A DNA stretch of 64,000 nucleotides from Octopus sinensis (GCF_006345805.1 NC_043014.1:53568001-53632000); one strand, 5' to 3'. Shown: positions 13,113 through 25,820, numbered from the stretch's first letter. Program-made: numbers and translations. Notes: generated from the sequence alone by a model not told the origin.

Positions 13113-15019
13113 AATCAAGGAACGGCCATAATAGGCCATTCACCCACTAGAAATAACAGCCAAAAAGCTTCAACCGCAAAATAACATTAATTCTGTAAAC
13201 CAGGAGAAAATTAAAAAAAACATTTACCCTGAAATTCCTTATACGATGCACCGTTTCGTCTACTGTTTAATGGTAAGCTAACCTGATTAAATTAAATCAA
13301 GCCAATCTACCATAGGCCCTTAGATTCATCAGTAAGGAATAGCCAAATCGGAACAGATATTTTTCACGAGGCATTCACGTCCATGCCTCGCCAATATCTG
13401 ACCTAAAATTTTCAAATCGTCGCACTCGCGCCAAATTTATCAGCAGCAAATAAATATAAGCCGCCGATTCCATTACGGAACTAACCAGAAAATTCATAAT
13501 TAATCAATATAGGGAGGTAAAAAAAAAATTTTGTAGAATTCTTTTGCCCCCAGCGGCCTAGTGGGAAAAAATTAAATAGTCATAAACCATTTTTAAGTTC
13601 AATATCACAATCAAGGAACGGCCATAATAGGCCATTCACCCACTAGAAATAACAGCCAAAAAGCTTCAACCGCAAAATAACATTAATTCTGTAAACCAGG
13701 AGAAAATTAAAAAAAACATTTACCCTGAAATTCCTTATACGATGCACCGTTTCGTCTACTGTTTAATGGTAAGCTAACCTGATTAAATTAAATCAAGCCA
13801 ATCTACCATAGGCCCTTAGATTCATCAGTAAGGAATAGCCAAATCGGAACAGATATTTTTCACGAGGCATTCACGTCCATGCCTCGCCAATATCTGACCT
13901 AAAATTTTCAAATCGTCGCACTCGCGCCAAATTTATCGGCAGCAAATAAATATAAGCCGCCGATTCCATTACGGAACTAACCAGAAAATTCATAATTAAT
14001 CAATATAGGGAGGCAAAAAAAATTTTGTAGAATTCTTTTGCCCCCAGCGGCCTAGTGGGAAAAAATTAAATAGTCATAAACCATTTTTAAGTTCAATATC
14101 ACAATCAAGGAACGGCCATAATAGGCCATTCACCCACTAGAAATAACAGCCAAAAAGCTTCAACCGCAAAATAACATTAATTCTGTAAACCAGGAGAAAA
14201 TTTAAAAAAACATTTACCCTGAAATTCCTTATACGATGCACCGTTTCGTCTACTGTTTAATGGTAAGCTAACCTGATTAAATTAAATCAAGCCAATCTAC
14301 CATAGGCCCTTAGATTCATCAGTAAGGAATAGCCAAATCGGAACAGATATTTTTCACGAGGCATTCACGTCCATGCCTCGCCAATATCTGACCTAAAATT
14401 TTCAAATCGTCGCACTCGCGCCAAATTTATCGGCAGCAAATAAATATTTAATTTTTTCCCACTAGGCCGCTGGGGGCAAAAGAATTCTACAAAATTTTTT
14501 TTTTTGCCTCCCTATATTGATTAATTATGAATTTTCTGGTTAGTTCCGTAATGGAATCGGCGGCTTATATTTATTTGCTGCCGATAAATTTGGCGCGAGT
14601 GCGACGATTTGAAAATTTTAGGTCAGATATTGGCGAGGCATGGACGTGAATGCCTCGTGAAAAATATCTGTTCCGATTTGGCTATTCCTTACTGATGAAT
14701 CTAAGGGCCTATGGTAGATTGGCTTGATTTAATTTAATCAGGTTAGCTTACCATTAAACAGTAGACGAAACGGTGCATCGTATAAGGAATTTCAGGGTAA
14801 ATGTTTTTTTTAATTTTCTCCTGGTTTACAGAATTAATGTTATTTTGCGGTTGAAGCTTTTTGGCTGTTATTTCTAGTGGGTGAATGGCCTATTATGGCC
14901 GTTCCTTGATTGTGATATTGAACTTAAAAATGGTTTATGACTATTTAATTTTTTCCCACTAGGCCGCTGGGGGCAAAAGAATTCTACAAAATTTTTTTTG
15001 CCTCCCTATATTGATTAAT
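13105..15019. repeat. ~495-bp tandem array (about 2.7 forward units) fused to about 1.15 inverted units (foldback structure)
   Basis: Unit marker cacaatcaaggaacggcc at 13110, 13606 and 14100 (periods 496 and 494); the reverse complement runs from ~14446 to 15019; copies differ almost only in homopolymer lengths. Confidence 0.95.
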
Positions 15020-15039
15020 ATATATATATATATATACAC

Positions 15040-15096
<57 letters not shown>

Positions 15097-15696
15097 CATG
15101 TAGACACACGCACACACACACACACATATATATATATACATACATATATATCATCATCATCATCATCATCATCATCAACATTGGCATGGGCTGGACAGCC
15201 TGACAGGAACCAGAAAGGCCAGGAGGTTCCATAGCCTGTTTTGTCTTGGTTTCTATGGCTGGATGCCCTTCCTAACACCAACCACTTTACAGAGTGGACT
15301 GGCTGCTTTCTATGTGGTACCATCACCTGTGCTTTTTACGTGGCACTCCCCACACCCACACCAATGCTTTTTACGTGGCACTCCCCACACCCACACCAAT
15401 GCTTTTTATGTGGTACCTTGGTTTTAGGATCTCAATTTGGTCATGGAGGTGGATCTCCTTGAATACAGTAATGCACCACATATCTTGGTCTCCTGTCATC
15501 TCCTATACATGCACACACAAACACATACATATATAAACTTTTTTTTGAGGGGAGAAGGTTCTTGAAATCTATAATTCTAAGAGAAAACTGTTTTAAACGC
15601 AAGCTTAATTTTCAAGACCAAACTTTGGGAACTGAACTGTTGTCGACTTCTCTATCATTGAAAGGGTTTTAAACATTTTAAGAGTTTGTTTCTTAC

Positions 15697-15834
15697 CAGA
15701 TATGGAGTAACTGCATTTAAAAACATACTTATAGATGTGATGTATGCTGCTTTACGAAGCAGTGCTATTTCTTTCTTTCGTATCTCATTGATTTTCTTTT
15801 GAAGTGATTCTTCCCAGGCATACAATTTGATTAC
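15697..15834 (-). CDS. ABCC1: Gene B exon 11: VIKLYAWEESLQKKINEIRKKEIALLRKAAYITSISMFLNAVTPYL
   Basis: Acceptor ttttag, donor gtaaga; 138 bp; KLYAWE motif. Confidence 0.94.
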
Positions 15835-15939
15835 CTAAAAAATAATAGAATAAAAGAAACAAATAAAACAGCTATTCAATGCCTAAATAACTGAAAAGAG
15901 TTGTTATTATTGAGATTACTAGTTGCCAGACTATTAATT

Positions 15940-16170
15940 TTACTATCAGAAATTAACTGGTGCACTCAGAAGTATCAACACTCAACTACCAACATGGCTC
16001 CAAAATATTGGTACAAATGTAAAGACAGAACACCTACAAAAATTAGCATTGCTTGGAAATGCAAGAATTCTTTGCAGGGTTCTTGAAGCATGGCCAGTAA
16101 ACAAGGGTCACCTTAGTCTGCTGGTTGTGGACAGCTGACATTTTCGTCATACTCAGCAAAATAAGCTTGA
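15940..16170 (+). mobile_element. 3' end of an R4/Dong-like (restriction-like endonuclease) non-LTR element
   Basis: ALRSINTQLPTWLQNIGTNVKTEHLQKLALLGNARILCRVLEA plus a 3'UTR shared with the copies at 47.6-49.9 kb. Confidence 0.75.
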
Positions 16171-16184
16171 GTTTACATTAAAAT

Positions 16185-16385
16185 AACAATCCTTTCTACT
16201 ATAGGCACAAGACCAGAAATTTTGAGGGAAGGGAGTAGTAAATCACATCGATCGCAGTGTTCAACTGGTACTTGTTTTTATTGACCCTGAAAGGATGAAT
16301 TTGAACTCAGAACATAAAGATGGACAAAATGCCACAAAATATTTTGCCTGGCATGCTAACGATTCTGCCAGCTTGTCACCTTAAC

Positions 16386-16425
<40 letters not shown>

Positions 16426-16650
16426 GGGTGGCGAGCTGACAGAAATGCTAGCATGCCAAGCAAAATGCTTAGCGGTATTTCGTCTGCCATTATGTTCTGA
16501 GTTCAAATTCCACCGAGGTCGGCTTTGCCTTTCATCGTTTTTTGGAGTCAATTAAACAAGTACCAGTTACACACTGGGGTCAATGTAATCGACTTAATCC
16601 CTTTGCTTGTCCTCTCAATGTTTAGCCCCCTGTGGGTAATAAAGAAATAA
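16185..16650. mobile_element. Head-to-head inverted pair of SINEs separated by (AAT)n
   Basis: Minus copy ~16185-16382 and plus copy ~16426-16650 share gagctg.cagaa...tagcatgcca.gcaaaat...tatgttctgagttcaaattc...aacaagtaccagtt. Confidence 0.8.
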
Positions 16651-18847
16651 ATAATAATAATAATATTAATAACACTGTGTAACAAAATTTTTAAAAATTC
16701 GTTTTTGTCTTTGGTCAGTAAGTGTTATTTCCTATTTGCTTCTAATTAGAAATCAAAGGAAATGACCACTCTTCCATTCGAACTTTGCTTTTCTGACCTG
16801 GACATCCATGTTTTGAAACTGACCTATTTTCCATTGCATTTCAGATAGATTCAGTGCTGATTTGCTTAAATAGAAATATCGTTATAGCAAATATTCTGCT
16901 GAATACCTTTGATTTGTTTGTCACTGGCTTGACCTTAATCACTTGAGCATGTCTCTTAGTGGCTGACAATACGTGCATCTCTGATGATGAGCAGAACTAG
17001 TAGGAGAGCATCATAGCCATGTGTTGAGAGGGACCCTTTGGGGTTTAAATAAATATAACAAAAGCATAGTTTGAAGGAAGCCATTTTTCATAGTTTCTAA
17101 GGGTAAGCAAATCAGAAATAACAGTTGCTACCCAAGGACAAAACATTGTGTTGCACAGTGTAATGAGTTCTTTAGGGTTTGAATAATTTACCCCTGGAAA
17201 CAAGTGTGTTTTGTTCATCATCCTTAAACAACCTTTAGTCAGGGACCTTTTGTGTGGGATGGGCTACTTGACCTGAAGAAAATTCTAACTGGACCCCATC
17301 TGCAAGGTTATGTACTGTTTATCTTGATATGACATCACCATGTTGCACACAAATGGTTGTGATGCATGAGATGGGTACAGTGGGTTTTGTATATTTGTAC
17401 CCTAGCATCACTTTGATGGCATGTGCTGCTCTCTCACTCAATCCTCCTCATCATCATCATCATTTTTGTTCACTTTTCAATGTTGTCTTGGTTGACTAGG
17501 TCATCATGCTCTAAGCTGGTTCTTATTTGGAGTTTTAAGTCCTTGACCCACCCTCTTAGATGGATCAAGAACCACCTTCCACTTGTATATTTCACTTTTG
17601 GTATGGTTCCTCTGGCTGGACGCCCTTCCTTTCACCAGCCACTTTACTGGATGTTTTATCATAGCACCAGCACTATTAAAGACTCTTCTCTACTTTACAG
17701 TGTCTCCTCTTGTTTATTCAGAAGCACAAGAAGATTGTCTCGTCCCTGACAAGACTAAAGACTCTTCTCTTTCTTGTGTTCTGACTGTTTATTTATTCCT
17801 TGCTTTTCCACACAACTGGCTGTACAGAAAGGGATTCTTTTTATTGCCATAATTATAAATATTTATTTCTCCATTATGTTTTGATCAGTAAGAAGATGTA
17901 ATATTAAAAGGGAATGTTTAATTTAAAAAAAGATGAAGTTGAAAGTCAACAAAAACCAAGCTAACAAAATGGTTTCTACAAATAAAACATTTTAAAAAAT
18001 GGGTGGAAAACTGATGTAGTTTGGAGGGTAATGCTGATAAATTATTTAATGATGTAATGACAAGCCAACAAGGGAGTTACTTGAGGGTTGCTTGACTTGT
18101 TAGAAATAGCAACCAAATATCTCAAATCAAAACAAGGGTTGTAAAAACATTGGGCATTGTAAATCCAAGGTGTAGTATTTTTGAAGAAAAGACAGGATGG
18201 GCAAAAGTGGAGCACTTTTGATCAAAGGCTTGCTCAATGAGATCTGACATTGAGCTAAACAACTACAGCCATAGTTCCTGCCTCTAAGTCAGGGTGAGAA
18301 ATCTATTTCCCACATTCATATTTAAAACAGTTCACTGATGAAGTCTGTAAAGCCTCATATGAGAAGTGAAAAGAGTGTAAACCTTAAGATCAAAACTATA
18401 ACAGGTGCTATTTCTGTGATAAGTTGTGTTGAGCAGTTATAACACAGACAGACTCTCTCATTGACTCTAAGGTGGATATAAGTACTAGTAATATACTGTG
18501 CTAAATTCCATTGACTTTTACTAGCTAGATTCCATTGATTCTCCCCCAACCAATGATGGAACATCTAATGGTAATTCATCTGCTAGAAATAGCAACCAAC
18601 TCATCCTCAAATCACATGTTAAAAATTGTCTTAAAAAATATTAATGACTCAATAGAAAATACAGTACCAGACATCCCTAAAAAATGAGATAGTCGTGGCT
18701 GGAAAATTTTGATCATGTCACTGCCTATTCAATCAGAGCTCATGACCTCAAGCTAAAGGACATTATCCTTGATGATGACGACAACAACAACAATCAAAAC
18801 TAAAACAAAAGCCCATCAAAAATTAAAAATTTAACGTAGTAACCAAC

Positions 18848-19168
18848 CTTGATTCCATTAAGAACTTCATTCATTAATTTAATACGGATGTCTTTACTTT
18901 TCATCTGTTGTGCCTGGTACATTTTGATTTTTCCCATCAAAGTACCATTGACTGGTATATAGAGTAGAAGGAGAGCAAGTCCAACAAAAACTGAAGTTCC
19001 AAGTTGTTGATAAAGCAGGTAGAGACACAGAGAAATATGAATTGGTGCGGAGATCATTACATAGAGGAAAGGAATTGCTTCTGAGATGCGTGAACAGTCA
19101 ATGGACATGACGTTCACAATTTTCCCCATGGACAATGTTTGACGGATGGCATTGTTAAGGGTTAGCAT
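18848..19168 (-). CDS. ABCC1: Gene B exon 10: MLTLNNAIRQTLSMGKIVNVMSID...KDIRIKLMNEVLNGIK
   Basis: Acceptor ttacag, donor AAG/gttggt; 321 bp; motifs GxIVNxMSxD and KDxRIKLMNExLNGIK. Confidence 0.95.
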
Positions 19169-19619
19169 CTGTAAACAAGAGTTAAACAAGAATAAACATT
19201 GTAAAGAACAACAATAGATTAGAACTAAGGAGATACTGAGGGAGCCATTAGAAAAGTCACATGGATAGCATGTCCATGAATCTCTGAGGGAGTCTCAACA
19301 TGTTCTACTGAAAGAACTTCAATGAGCCACCAAAAGTATATTAGGACATTGCAGGGCCTACCAGAAATAGCACAGAAATTAAAGAAATATAAAGGAAAGT
19401 AGAAAACAATGATAGTGGTGCACCAGGAGAGAGTGTTCCTATTGAGGATAGAAAAATAAATGGTGGCAGTGAAGGTGTAGAGCAAAGTGTCAAGGCATGT
19501 CAGCAAATGCAAGGAAAGTAGTGGGGAGGGGGGGCTGCATTGTAAGGATATGATGATGATCAACAAGACATGGTGAGGATGATGTGTTGGTATATTAGAG
19601 AAGACCAAGATGAAACAGC

Positions 19620-20930
19620 TTCCAGTCTTAGAAATGCAGATAGGCAGAAAGGCTGGAAAGAGAAACCGAAAAGATAGATTCTGTTTGAGACAAGAAACAA
19701 AATTGAAACCAGTAAGATTATCAGGGTTGCAGAAAGGTTATCACGGAGAGAGTAGGAAACAAAAGAAGAAAACCAACAGAATGAAAAGAACCATATTAGT
19801 GTAGGGAAATTTGAGAGAAACAAAGTTAAAAATGGATTCCCTTGAGTGAAATACTGTGGAAGATAAAGTTGGAGTATGATCTGGGAAGTGGTAAAGGAAA
19901 GTTCAATCACCAGCTATTTATGGATGAGTTGAAGTTGTTCACAAAAGGTGAGGCAGAATCAGACAGTCTAGTTTCAGACAATCCACAGTTGGATGTCCTG
20001 CCTTATGCCATTACACTCTGAGAGTGTAACGAGTGCTTTTACATGCCACTGGCATGGGTTCAATTTGTGTGACACTGGTATCTGTCATGACTGCAATTTT
20101 GCTCGGCTTCATGGGTCTTCTGCTGAAGTACGACATAATGCTTCCGTGAGGCTCAACACTCATAAGGAACTCAGCCACTTTGTCACCATGGGGCCCAACA
20201 CCCGAAAGAAATATTAATCATTTATACATGAAGAAATATTAATGATTTATACATGAAGAGAGCAAATGGAGGAAAAAGACTGATAAGTGTGGATGACTCC
20301 ATGCGTATTGAACATAAGAACATGCTGAGCTATACGACCCAAAGTGAGGAAACCTTGTTAGGGCAGTTAGGGAAGAGGGCATATTAAAAGCAGGAAAAAA
20401 GAAAGGAACAAAACAAGAAGTATGAGAAGGACATGAAGAAGCTTTACTCAACAAGGGACTACACAATCATTTCCATGCAGCCACAACTGAAGTCGCTAGA
20501 GAACATAGGTGGGACTGGTTAAAGAAAGGAACACTTAAAAAGAAGATGGAGAGTACTATATGAGCAATGCAAGACCATGCTTTGGCCACAAATTTTAGGG
20601 TCAATCTTAGAAATGAGCAAGTGTTTCTATTGTGCTGAATTTGTGGTGGATTTGTTGAAACTGTTGCCTAAAAGATGAGTGAATGCCCTCGACTTTCCCC
20701 AAACCATTATAAGTTGTGGCAATAAGATGAGGTAGAAAAAGTGCTGCTTTGGAAACTGAGTGAAAACTGGGGTTTAGAGAAAGACAAGACATGGTATGAG
20801 CAGAGACCACAGAGAGTGACTGAGACAGAGACTTGCAAAATTGTGTGTGATTTCCTAATCCAAATGGACCAGGTGCTTGAGCACAACAAACCAGACTTAT
20901 TGGTGGTGGTGGTGGTGGACAAAGTAAATT
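19620..20930 (+). mobile_element. Heavily decayed R4/Dong-like non-LTR element, interrupted by an RTE 3'UTR piece (~19990-20210)
   Basis: RT-like NHQLFMDELKLF, WLKKG.LKK, and RLE-like KIVCDFLIQMD..LEHNKPDLLVV. Confidence 0.65.
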
Positions 20931-21136
20931 ACATCTGCAGCATAACTAATGTTGTAGGATTTAAAAAATAGGTCACATTTCCCTACCTTATTTTGTGATT
21001 TAGGGGAGATTTTTGAAAAACAAGGATTTCAACTGTCACTATTAAAAAGGGTGTAAGAAAACACTGTAATGTATTTAATCTGTCACTCGACCAATTCTAC
21101 ATTGTACTGCTACTGAATAGTGCTTGGGATATTTAC

Positions 21137-21311
21137 CTTACGAAATATAACTGATGTCAACAACCCTTTAATTTTTGCTGCTAGAAGGTTTGATATGAAG
21201 AATGATCCCTGGTAGAGAAGTGTGTATAAAGCCGACAGACAGAATAACGTCACTGCCAGTACATAGCCTTTCCATTTTGGTTCCTCATTGCTTGTATATA
21301 CTATCAGCTTA
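21137..21311 (-). CDS. ABCC1: Gene B exon 9: KLIVYTSNEEPKWKGYVLAVTLFCLSALYTLLYQGSFFISNLLAAKIKGLLTSVIFRK
   Basis: Acceptor tttcag, donor AAG/gtaaat; 175 bp; WKGY and IFRK motifs. Confidence 0.9.
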
Positions 21312-23402
21312 CTGAAAACATCAAAATAACAGGTCGGTAATAGATCACACAGCAGTTAACATATATGTTAGTGTTCAAGACAGTATTTACCAAAATAAGG
21401 ATTAGCTTAACATAACCATCACCCATGATAACAACTTACGGAATATCACAAGGTTTAAGACATACCTTATGCCTGAAGTATAAGACAGCATCTTATTTTT
21501 TGGCAGATTTTTTAGGTTAAAAGATCAACAATTATGCCACTACATGGGTATTGTATTTAATATTTTGAGTATAAATGCTAAAAAGAAAATTTATTTGGAT
21601 TCAAGAATCATGAAGTCACAATGTGTCATCCCAATAATAATGTTGTCAAGTTTCACGTTGTTTAATTTATCCACAGATTGGAATGAAGCATTTTGATCAT
21701 GAAGAAGAAGAGGAGAAATTCTAATATCACAGGCAGGACTTTTGTCAGATTTCCCTATTCACTAGGACTCTTCTACATTAGACTTCTCCTCTTGTTTCCC
21801 CATGGAGAAATAGCTTATTCAACTTTGCATACTTTTTGGTTAAAGTAGATCCTCATTACTTTCCTCAGGTTCTGTTGTTTAGTTTTGCTGTTTATGGAGA
21901 TGTACTTGCATAGCAAGTGCTTTGATCTGAGGTCATGTGTTGAAACTAAAGTGATTGCAGCATGGAAGGCATAAGTTAGCCGTTCAGAAACACACACAGA
22001 CCATTGACGTCACTTGAACATTTATTTGTATTATGGTGTCAACATTTCCATCACTCAAAAACTGTGATCTGTTCATTGACAAAGAATTGTGCTGCATCCA
22101 ATTTTGGGCTTGTTTTCTGGTTATCTTTCAAAAACTGCCTGAATTGTTTGGGCAGTACCACACCCCACCATTTCATTAAAAGCCGATTTCTAACATTTAG
22201 AAATAAGTCTAAACAACAACTTTTGATGTCTTGAGAAAATTAATAGAATTCTCCTTTTTTTGCAAGCTAAGGATGAAATGATGGAACCTGTGATCTTAGA
22301 ATTGCTGATAGTGCTTAGCCCCTGGTCAGCACTACTCAAATAGACCTATGATTAAAAGCATTCTAGCCATGACCATCCAGCCTTATTTTCTGAAGGTGTA
22401 CTCAAGACAATATTAGCCAATGTGATTGTTTTTAAGAAGATGGTAAGGTGTGATTTGAGGGGAATTTGGCTGCTATTTCTAGCAGGTAAAGAGACACTGT
22501 AGCAGTATCTTTATTGGTTTATAATCTTAGAATTAAAAATTGAAGGAGGTTCAGTTGAGATACTTAAAAGTCAAGCAATTTGATCCTCAGCAACAAGGTC
22601 CCCCCCCCCACACACACACATTTCTCTGCTTTACTGTACTTCTTCAAGAAAATGAAGAAGACTCAAGTCATTTGTCCTATCATAAATACCAGCAAAATCC
22701 ATCTTAAATCACCATACAACATTGTGTGTGTGTGTGTGTGTGTGTAAGTGCTTGTTTGAACATAATTAAATGGATGTATGACAAACATGGAAACAAAAAT
22801 CAACATATTCCCTCTGATCTGTGTTAGCATAAAATAATGAGTGTGTAAAGCCCATTTTCATTTTTCCAGCAAAAAAGCATAGAAAAGGTGCTTATATGAG
22901 CTTATATCTTTTCAAATTTATTTGGATACACTTTCTGCCAATAACACACACAACCAAATGTTTAATTGAATGTACTTTCTACTTATAAAGCATTCAACCA
23001 GCCGTAAAACAAAGAGTGGTAGCTGGGCTTTGCTAAACAGGTAAACCAGAGTAAGAAAGTTATAATTACTGTTTCTTGTAAACTGAATGAAGTAAGATTT
23101 TGAACTCATGACTAAGATATGATTGGTGGCAAGCAGTTCAGATCTTAACCTCACAGCTTTTACTCTGCATCGCTGTCACTGTCGTCATTGTTGTCATTGT
23201 CGTTTAATGTCCACCTTCCATGCTAGCATGGGTGGGACAGTTTCACAAGAGCTGGCCAGACAGAAGCCTGCACCAGACTCCTGTGACTGTTTTGGCAGGA
23301 GTTTTAAAGCTGGATGCCCTTCCTAACACCAACCACTCATGAAAGGAAAAGAAACAAAGAAAATGAATAAATATATAGTGCAAGAGAAGAGAGAATACAA
23401 AC

Positions 23403-23576
23403 TCAAATATAACAGGTCCAGCAAAAAGTAAAATATCAAAGCCTATCTTCAGTAGCCATGCACAGCCCAGTTCGCAGAAGTAGACTCCCAGGAGAACTTT
23501 CTTCAGAGATACAGGCTTTTTATTCTTCACTTTGTAAGCTGTCACATCATCGGGCACTTTTGTTTCAATGTTCTGT
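23403..23576 (-). CDS. ABCC1: Gene B exon 8: QNIETKVPDDVTAYKVKNKKPVSLKKVL...LLKIGFDILLFAGPVIF
   Basis: Acceptor atccag, donor GA/gtttgt (weaker); 174 bp, phase 2 to 2; K...D.L.F.GP motif of TM6. Confidence 0.85.
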
Positions 23577-23828
23577 CTGGATATAAAGAGACATGAGAAG
23601 TAGTCATCAATATGATAAAAGGTCAAGCCACATGGAATTTTCTTGTTGGTTGCTGATTCTTTGCTATAGAAATGAGAAAGGACAAGGCAGTGACAGTGCT
23701 GAGAGAGGTGGAAGAGAGGAAAAGAAAAGTATTACAAAAAGAGGCTAGCTGGCTGGATAGACAGACAAACAGACAGACAAATGTGTGTGTATATATGTAT
23801 GTATATATATATATATGTATATATATCC

Positions 23829-24640
23829 TCATCATCATCATCGTTTAATGTCCGTTTAATGGTTTGGATGGTTCGACCAGGGTCTGGGAAGCCAGGAGGC
23901 TGCACAAGGCTCCAGTCTGATCTGGCAGTGTTTCTACAGCTGGATGCCCTTCCTAACACCAACCACTCCGTGAGCGTAGAGGGTGCTTTTTATGTGCCAC
24001 CGGCACAGGTATCACAACTACAATTTCAATTTGATTTTTATTTTGATGTACTTGACTCAATAGGTCTCCTCAAGCACAGCAGGTCACCCTACGATCCAAG
24101 GTAAGCACAGCAGGCCGTCCTGCAATCCAAGGTACTTTGGATGGGCTGGGGCTGCTATGTGAAGCTGGTGCAGGAAACAGCCATGAACTCACGTTATTTG
24201 TCGGGTCTTCGCAGTCACAGCATATCTCCACAGGTCTTGGTCTTTCGTCATTTGCCTCTGTGAGGCCCAACGTTCGAAGGTCATGCTTGACCACCTCATC
24301 CCATGTCTTCCTGGGTCTACCTCTACCCCGGATTCCTTCAACAGTTTGGGAGTGGCACTTCTTCACACATCTCTCCTCATCCATCCGTAGTGCTTGACCA
24401 TACCAGCACAAACGTCTCTCTTGCACACCACATCCAATGCTTCTTATGTCCAGCATTTCTCTCAGGGCGCTTACACTCTGTCGTGTGTGCACACTGACAT
24501 TACACATCCAGCGGATCATGCTGCCTTCATTTCTTTCAAGCCTACACATGTCCTCTGCAGTCACAGCCCATGTTTCACTATCGTGAAGCATGGCGGTTCG
24601 CACACATACTGTGTGTATCCTGGATTTTATAACAGGTACG
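23829..24640 (-). mobile_element. RTE-clade LINE 3' fragment with (GAT)n tail
   Basis: ORF 24070-24603: LHDSETWAVTAEDM.RLERNE...GRGRPRKTWDEVVKHDLRTLGL. Confidence 0.9.
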
Positions 24641-25031
24641 CTTGCATATTGGTTGGAAGAAAATAACTAAAAGAGTTCTAATCATGAAGGGCATGCAGCT
24701 GTAAAATCTTGCCTCATAAAGCCTTGTCTAACCCATGTCAGCATGGAGGAGTGGATATAAAAGAATGATAATAATGATGATGATGATGATGTTGATGTGT
24801 GTGTGGTTGTGTGTATGTGTGTGTGTTTCACTGATCTTTTGTTTTGTACTTGGTGATTGGAGAAAGATGTAACAATTCAACCAAGTTGAAGAGACATTGC
24901 CTCATCACTCTCACCAAACATTGGTTGGCTTGGCAAGAAATTTATAACTAATGTTGTTATTGTTCACAAAATGTATGATTAAAGATAATCAAAACATAAT
25001 AATAAACAAATAAAAATAAGGCCAAACATAC

Positions 25032-25163
25032 TGAATACATTTGATTTTTTCTTGATTCCAGGCTGTAAGAAATTTGGTAGAAAAATATTTGATGTTGTCA
25101 CGTGGATTAAGTTGATAGAGGTCAGCTTCAGTCAAAGTATTTTTAAAAGCTTTGGTAATGAGT
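25032..25163 (-). CDS. ABCC1: Gene B exon 7: LITKAFKNTLTEADLYQLNPRDNIKYFSTKFLTAWNQEKIKCI
   Basis: Acceptor ttccag, donor gtatgt; 132 bp, phase 2 to 2; L0 motif L...DL..LNPRD...F...W..E. Confidence 0.9.
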
Positions 25164-25544
25164 CTGGAACAAAAGAAAGGGAAAAAGATCTTATAGAATA
25201 GTCCAATTTTATTGTTTCATCTTCAACTTGTTTAATTGATAATAACAATTATTGTAAAGGTGTGGTATAATTAATAGTGTCACTTCTGAATATATAATAC
25301 AAATTAATGGGATGCTGTTTAGAAGACTGTTTCTGAGAACCTCTTCATAATAGTTGCTGCTGTATTTAGGACAAACGAGTAGCTGACTATTTCAGTTCAC
25401 CTGAGCCCTCCATTGACCACCTCACACTCTCTTGAATTTCCAAATACTACAAACCCCAACGTGCTCTGCAAACATAAAGACAAAACAACTTATTTACACA
25501 TTTTCCATTATCTTAACTGGAGACTTTAATGAATAATTCACATA

Positions 25545-25744
25545 GTCTTTACTCTTTTACTTGTTTCAGTCATTTGACTGTGGCCATGCTGAAGCACTAC
25601 CTTTAGTCGAGCAAATCAACCCCAGGACTTATTCGTTGTAAGCCTAGTACTCTTTTGCCAAACCACTAAGTTACAGGGATGTAAAGACACCAGCATCAGT
25701 TGTCAAGCGATGTTGGGGGGACAAACACAGACACACAAACATAT

Positions 25745-25820
<76 letters not shown>

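Noticed and set aside
12673-13184. Several 77-156 aa YIYI-repeat ORFs (similar ones at 14984-15326, 25700-25984, 63442-63732)
   Set aside because: They are translations of (AT)n microsatellites, which lack stops in several frames.
13105-15019. CRISPR-like interpretation of the regular array
   Set aside because: Units are ~495 bp with no unique spacers, there are no cas genes, and the context is eukaryotic.
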